Position numbers and translations under genes: made by a program. The notes under the pieces are model-generated. The model worked only from the letters and a program-made list of their open reading frames with translations, had not been told where the DNA came from and did no database searches. 64,000 bases of DNA, from the sequence record NC_020851.1, one strand, 5' to 3'. This document shows, in pieces, positions 56,976 through 64,000 of this stretch (position 1 is its first letter; the number at the start of each line of letters is the position of its first letter).

Positions 56976-59900
56976 GCTAATGCAATTGTTCTAAGATCAC
57001 TAATAATTGGTGCATTTGCCTGATCAGTTCCTGACATAATAATTTTGATAGAATATCCACTAAATTCTCCTAAATTATCAGCACTAAACTCATATTCTAA
57101 GAACTGATTAGCAGAACTTGCTGGAACTTTGACATCAGATTTTCCATTATTTAGAGATGGATCAACAACTCTGAATCCACCATCAGAAGTTGTTTCAAGA
57201 TTCTCATATCCAGGGAACAATTCAAATTCTTGTTCAATTTCAGATGAATCATCTCTAACGAGACTATAAAGAACTCTAATGTCAGAAGAAGCAGGTCTAT
57301 ATGCTCCAAGTATAACTTTCAAGGAAGATGCTGGTTTAGATAGTCCAACAGTATCAGAAACATAAATTGCTGAGTGTGGATCATCTAAAATAGAATTTAC
57401 TCTAGAATCAGTAGCAAAGTTAGTAACAGGTCTATTTAAATAATTTGATGCGAATTCAATAGTAGAATCTTCAAGATTTATAATTGGAGATAAATTTTCA
57501 TCCGTACTGTTTAATGTAACTGCTGTGGTAAATGATCTTCTACCAGAAACATTATTGAATACTGGTTGCTGCAATTCATTCACTCTAGAGCACACTATTC
57601 TAGTAGATTTCAAATTATTGAAAGAATTTAACTCAACAGGTTCTACTTCATTTAGAAGTTGGAAAGAAGTTTCAGTACCATCAATACTAGTTCCAGTTGT
57701 TGTTCTGATTACGGCACTTACTGAAGTTGAATCTCCAGGTGCCTGAACAAAGAATCTTGGATTTACGGAATTGAATTGAATATTCTCAGTTGCATAAACA
57801 TTATTTCCACCACCAACAAACTGTCTATTAAATGATAGTTGTGGTAAAGTTGCAGTATCTTCAGATCTATTTACTCCATATGTAGCACTTCGATCTACTT
57901 CAACATAATATCCATTAGAGTCGATTCCAGTATCAGAAATATCATAAATTACATTATTAATTCTTCTTAAAGATACTCCACTAAACTCATATTTTTGAAC
58001 CTTAGATCTAACTTCATGAGATTCAGTTTTTCCTTCAATACCTCTAGTAAGATCTCCTAACTCATTTGAAGATGCCGTTTCGTATGAGATAATTTCATCT
58101 CCAATTTTTACATATCCTGGATTGGAATTGCTAACAGGAAGACCTTCAAAAGTTTCAAAGACAGAAGAATCTTCAACAAATATTGTACTTCCTTCTGTTG
58201 ATAATAAACCAGCAGTAAGAGTTGTTGGTGAAATATCAGATTCAACACCACTCAATTGTAATTTATTATTATTGGCATACATTCCATGATTGAAATGACT
58301 TACCTCTAAGAAATTTCCGGAATTTGTACCTGATCCTTCGGTCACACTTGTAATTACAGTACTACCTAAAGATACAATAGTTGTATCTGTATCATAATAA
58401 CTTACTCCAATACCAGTTCGGAATGCTCTTGGTGAAGAGTCACCTTCACCTTGAACATCAGTCAAGTAAAGTGTATCTCTTCCAGTAATTGCACTAACAG
58501 TAATTAATGCGCCTCTTCCCGTTGTACCACTAGTAACAGTTACTACATCACCAACTTCATATCCAGTTCCATTAGAAGTTCTCGTGACCCCAGTAATTAC
58601 TCCATTTGTCTGTGCAATAGTTAGTCTTAATCCACTACCATTTCCAACAATATTAGTTGTTGCTAAATCGGACTGAGTTGTATAATTTTCCCCACCATTA
58701 GTAACTGTTGGTGTACCACTAACTGGTCCACCCGCATACTCAATATAACCATAACTATTTGGAATAGAACCAGCAATTTTTCTACCAGTATTTAAAATAT
58801 CAATCAGACCAGAATCTGTGAATGTTGTGACTCCAAGATTAATTGTTTTTGGAAGACCTGTAACTGGGTTTGCAAGTAAATTATTTACATATCCATTACT
58901 TTGATCTAAAGGTGGATTTCCAAAATACGCAATACCAGTGTTTGCAGTGAATTTTGCTTTATAAAGTTTAAATTTAAGATCTAATTCTTGTGTAGGAGTC
59001 CAAATAGATCCATTTTGAGACTTAAACAAACTACCAAGTGCGAATTGCTTGGTATAAATGACTGCTTCTGCATCAGGTAGAGATTGTGTATTAACAGTTC
59101 TCTCTCCCATTTTTGCAATCCAAACTTCATATTCATCTGAAGTAGGTGCAAGTAAAACTACAGCATATTCATTTCCTGGGGCAAGATATTTTGGTTCATC
59201 AAATGTAACTCTTGTTGCAATTTCTCCAGTTGCTGATGTTGTAATTTGATCTGGATATAATGTTTTAGATTCTCCAACCAGATTTAAAGTTGGAATACCA
59301 AGTTCCACTGTTCTTATTTGAACTTCAAGAGGTTCACTACCTGCTGGTTTGTTAGCAAAATAGATATCTAATTCAGTAAGAACTACACCTTTATCATCAC
59401 TACTAAATCCATTTAAATCGGGAGCATCAATATCTCTACCGACAACAAATGACTGTGCAAGAGGATCAGATCTTCTAGCTCTAACAACCTCACGTCTAGT
59501 TGTTGTTATAGTTGTAGTGCGTCTTACCGTAGTGTCAATAGTTGTCGTTACTGTGGTTTGTATTTGTCTAGTTAAGAGAGTTCCAACAGCACTATAAGAT
59601 CCTTGACCGGTGGAAATTAACTTACTTCCAGGTAATGGTTTCTTATTCGTAGAACTACTAGTCAATAAGTATGTCTTTTTACCAGTAAGAAGTCTTGGAT
59701 TTGGTGCTGGATTTGTATGTGGATTTTTGATAAAGAATGATCCAAATAAATCTCCATAATTATCAGTTATCAATCTTAAATCTTTTACATATGCAATTGC
59801 ACCACTTGTCTGTCCAACGATCTTTGCACCTTTGGTAACATATCCAAAAAATCTTCCTTGTGCTTCATCAGATAATGAATTTAGGTCAATATTTAATGTT

Positions 59901-62900
59901 TTGGATGATTGGCTATATGAAGTTGGTAGGTTTTCGGATCTCACATAAGGATTGATATTATATGTTCTTGATGGAGAATTGAAAGTTCCTTCTTTGTGAT
60001 TAGAATTCGCAAGTCTAAAACGACCTGTTTCTCGACCATCTTTATATACTTTTACTGTTTCACCTGATGTAAATGATCCTTGTAAAGTACCAGAAGTTTC
60101 TAAAGATGTGCTATTAGCAATCTCCAAAAGTTTTGGTATGAAGTCTACATTACTATGATTATCTAAGAACTGATAATGTCTTGTTAAAGGTTTCAGTGAT
60201 CTTCCAAAGAAAGAAACATTTCTAGATCTGATATACTGCTCATCACCACTTGAGATTAGAACATCTCTAGATCTTACATTAACTCTAGTTCTAGAACTTA
60301 TTGAAGTTTGTGTGGAAGAATTTGTGCTACTTCTCCAATCTGTTCGTTGTCTTATATTAAATAAGATCGTTCCTACTCTTCTCCTTGTTCCATTTCTGGG
60401 TGTACCAATCCATCTATTAAAAGTAATTGTTCGCGTTGCTGATTCTAATGGTATCGATACTGTATTTCTAACAGTGTTAGTAACAACATTGGTAGTTCTT
60501 CTTGTTATATTCTGTACAGAAGGGGGAATATAAATGGTTCTAATCCAAAAATCATTTTCTGGAGATAGTTTTACACTTCCAACATATTCTACTACATGGA
60601 ATGGATTGACATTTTCAACACGAGTAGCAAGTGGTTGCTCTAACCAACCGATAGAATCATATTTTAGAGTAACAACATTTCCAGTTTTTTGGATATTTGG
60701 GTCTAATAACTCAAAGTTAGTTGTCAAATCTAAATCTTCTTCAGAAATTTCCGATGAAGGTAAAACTCTTTGTCTTAAGGAATTGGAAAGAAGTCTTGGT
60801 CTCAATTGACCTTCACTAATATCTGCTGATGTTAGATTTTGATCACTGTTCGTTTGATCAATAAAATTATCTACAAAGAAACCAGACTTAAATCTATTAT
60901 TACCATCTTCATCTTCAATACGCAATGCTTCAGTACTCACCTCCAATAAACTTAGAGATGTAACTCTTTCCAAGTTTTCTATCCTATCCTCAAGTTGACC
61001 GATATCCCTCATGGTATATCTTCTATTATCGACCAAATTAATAGAAACATCATCAGGATCATAAAGATATGGTGGAAGTATAATGGTTGCTAATTCCATC
61101 AAACTTTGATCATTACTTGGAGATGCTTTTGGATCTTTTGCCGAAACACCTTTACTAACGATAAGATTTTCAAATTTATCAAGATATAATTTATCAATTC
61201 TTGGGAGATAAAAATTAAACCCAATCAGTGAACTTTCTCCAGGTTTTAAGTTATAATCTGTAGTAAATGTTCTTGAATTAAAATCAAATGGTGAAGCAGT
61301 TGTTGAAGAATAATTGACAACTCTTGGTCTAAAGTCTAATGTATCAGAAGCTCTAACATCATTAGGTCCAATTGTAGGAATATCATTTAAAAATCTATCA
61401 GAATCATAACTTAAAACTGTAAATACATCTCCAGTATCTGATGCAGGAACTATATAATGATCAAAAACGACCAATAGTCTCTTAGATGGTTCTGAATCTG
61501 ATGTTCTAATCAATCTCGAATAATCATAATATTCATTTTTCTGTCCACCATCAAGAACAAAATTATCTGTTACATTATTATATTTTCCTAATGTAATAGA
61601 CTGAACAGTAGATATAATATTAGATTCTTTAAATGTTACAGTTTCTCCAGCAATGAAGGTATTTTGGTTCAGATAAACTACACCTAGTTTATTGACACCA
61701 CCTGACGATGGTGAAGAACTATTATTTGTTACAACTCTTCCAACTGCTCCACTCTCAGACCCGATGATATTTTCTCCAATAATAGCATCTGTTCCTACAT
61801 TAGATATTGGAGAAAATTCTATTGCGTCTAATGTAGGATCTGCAGTATTCGTTGATTCATATACTACAAGAACTTTTGAGACATCAGGAACATTTAATGA
61901 AATTTGATCATCTTGAACTCTGAGTCCATAATATGGATTGTAGGTTAATCCATCACTGATTGATATACTAGATGCAGATCCAGATTGTGCTAATTTTGAT
62001 AACTCGACTACTTCTATTGCACTTCTAGTAAATTTTTTAATTTTACTTTGAATTCCATTCTTTTTGAGAGTCGTGTTGACAACAACATTTGATCCATTGT
62101 CCAATCCTTTAATGGTTACATTATTATTTGTCAAATTAAAAGAATCGGATGTGATTGTTCCAATTCCACCACCTGAAGCAGTAGTGTAATGTATAGAATA
62201 TCTTTCTTGATCAAATGATTCGAAGAATGCACTTGTAATACCTGTTTTAGAAATATCAAAAGTTAAAGTATTGCCAGATACATTTAAATTATCACTTTGA
62301 TCTATTTGTTTTGTTATTGCTAACTGTGAATTTGAAAGATCTACTAAAGAGATATTAGATTCTGGAAGATTTGCATAAAGAAATCCATTTTCACTATTTC
62401 TTATTTGTGCTTTTCTAAGATTTGCTGTATAATCTCCATTAGAAATTGCGGTTCCAGTAAATACTCCATTAACACTAGGAATATTAGTAATAGTTAGTGA
62501 TGCCAGATCTGAAGAAACGGTTACAACTCTATTATACCTCAAACTATTTCCTTGCACTACGCTAATTAAATCACCTTCTTTAACTCCGGAGAATAATTTT
62601 CCTGGACTTGTTACAGTTGTAGAAGCAACATTAATTTCTGAAATTCCATTAGAGAACTTTTTAGAAATTAATACTGCATCTGCAGAGAAATCTGGAAAGT
62701 TTGATATTCCTGTTTGTTTAACGGATTTGAGTTGGTCAATTGTATTTTGAGTAACACTTGCAATTGTCAATGCTGTTTCAATTCCATTAACAATTAGTTT
62801 TTCTCCTGTTACAAAAGTTCCTGAAGTTTGACTGAGATCAAAAGATGTTGAAGAAGAACCAGAAACAACAAAACCACTCGCACCACTACTCTTTCCTTTT

Positions 62901-64000
62901 ATAAAAGCAGATGTTAAGAGTGTTGTGCTTACATTAAAAATTACATTTGTATAAGTTTGAATATCATAAAGATATAAGTCCCACTGAGTTGCTGCACCAG
63001 AATATGCAGCATCAGTCAAATTAAATGTATATACTCTCGCAGCACCAATTTTTGTTCCTGCCGTCCCATCATCTTGAAGTTGATTATATAAATCTAAAGT
63101 TTCATTTTCTTTTGGAGCACCACTGACATTATTAACTCTAAGTAAATGCCCCATCTCAAATGGGATATTAGCACTACTTATACTTTCCGTATCTCTTGGT
63201 TTTTCTACATCTATAGCAGTTTCTGCGTCTATTGTGACATCATATCCATCAACATATGCTCTTCCAGGACTTACCTGTAGACACATTAAGTCATCTGATG
63301 GAGTATTTCCCTGTTCTGTAGTTTCTCCTTCTAAATATAAACCATCATTATCGATTTGATCATTTAATGAATTGAGTGCTTTAACATCAAACTCATCTAC
63401 GGTATAATGACCAGATTCATCAAATGTTCTTTCGGCAATATAATCCCTTATTAAATTATAGACAGGTTTATTTTCAATTTTTTAATTTTTCCTTCATCTA
63501 CTCTTAAAATCTCTACAAAATCAGTGTCTGTATTATTAGATATTTCTTTTTTGTAAGTGTTAGTGCTATTTTTAATCTATCTGCTCCTGGTGCCGCAAAA
63601 TTAGTAAAACCACTGGCATTATCATACAAAGATGAATCATCTTTTGCATTTACAATCGTTTCAGATATTTTTAATCCTACTCTATAAGAAGGAGTATTTG
63701 TATAATAGTCTAATATAAGTGTTTGCTTGGAAACCTCTACAAATGTTCCTCTAATAAAGTAAACTCCGTTATCAATAAATGCTGCTGAACCTGTAGATGT
63801 TGCTTCTTGAGAAATTAATGATGCAAAAGCAGTTCCTGCACTAATTGTAGTATTGCCATATGTAACATTTTCACTTGCAAATAACTGTTCCCCATCTTGA
63901 AATGTATCTACTTCTGCATCCTCTCCAGATTCTCCATATTTTACATAAATTGTAATGTCAGTTACTAAATCACTATCAGATGTAAGTGCAACTTCCTGAA
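56972..64000 (-). CDS. Giant virion structural protein (DUF4815-like, >2300 aa; 5' end outside the window; two homopolymer frameshifts at 63478-63483 and 63547-63552)
   Basis: Track ORF 56972-63286 plus upstream frames read by hand (APGADRLKI...RTFDESG); PGRAYVDGY, DFRP, LPRID, NRFKSGFFVDNF, LAQSF, DLKFKL motifs. Confidence 0.88.

Noticed and set aside
166-61907. All plus-strand ORFs in the track
   Set aside because: Each lies antisense to a recognisable minus-strand gene, lacks motifs and shows shadow-frame composition (e.g. 815-1225 mirrors the Ser/Gly repeat).
8418-63552. Programmed frameshifting or phase variation at the broken genes
   Set aside because: There are too many sites, all are -1 in homopolymers, several are in essential single-copy genes, and no stimulatory structures are evident; sequencing error is simpler.
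1-64000. tRNA, rRNA or photosynthesis genes
   Set aside because: No cloverleaf with a T-loop/CCA was seen in the short intergenic gaps, and no psbA, psbD or hli genes are present in this window.

Overview
This 64-kb window is the conserved core of a T4-like marine cyanomyophage genome (Kyanoviridae-like; the host cannot be determined from this window). All supported genes are on the minus strand. Reading in transcription direction (right to left) they are: a giant virion protein (partial), neck gp13/gp14, gp15, terminase gp16/gp17, tail sheath/tube gp18/gp19, portal gp20, protease gp21, scaffold gp22, major capsid gp23, gp3, uvsY/uvsW, late sigma gp55, gp47/gp46, a peptidase-vWA + AAA+ ('CobS') pair, gp45, speD, a DenV-like glycosylase, gp44, purN, purS, a Dam-type methylase, gp62, regA, hsp20, gp43, uvsX, gp41, mazG, a late cluster of hypothetical proteins, gp61 primase and nrdA/nrdB. 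About 17 single-base deletions in A/T homopolymer runs break genes, including essential ones; these are most likely sequencing errors and the genes were reconstructed by eye. I found no tRNA, CRISPR array, intron or intein. The most interesting signals are: (1) a possible head-packaged cargo system, made of proteins with T4-like capsid-targeting N-termini (including a nucleotidyltransferase) and modular basic polyproteins punctuated by gp21-type (I/L/V)-x-E sites; (2) a PKD + 24-aa LRR gene inserted in the head operon; (3) accessory genes flanked by duplications of the upstream gene's 3' end or regulatory cassette; (4) a near-consensus antisense sigma70 promoter upstream of gp55; (5) a restriction-endonuclease-like late gene. 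All functional readings of hypothetical proteins are inference.
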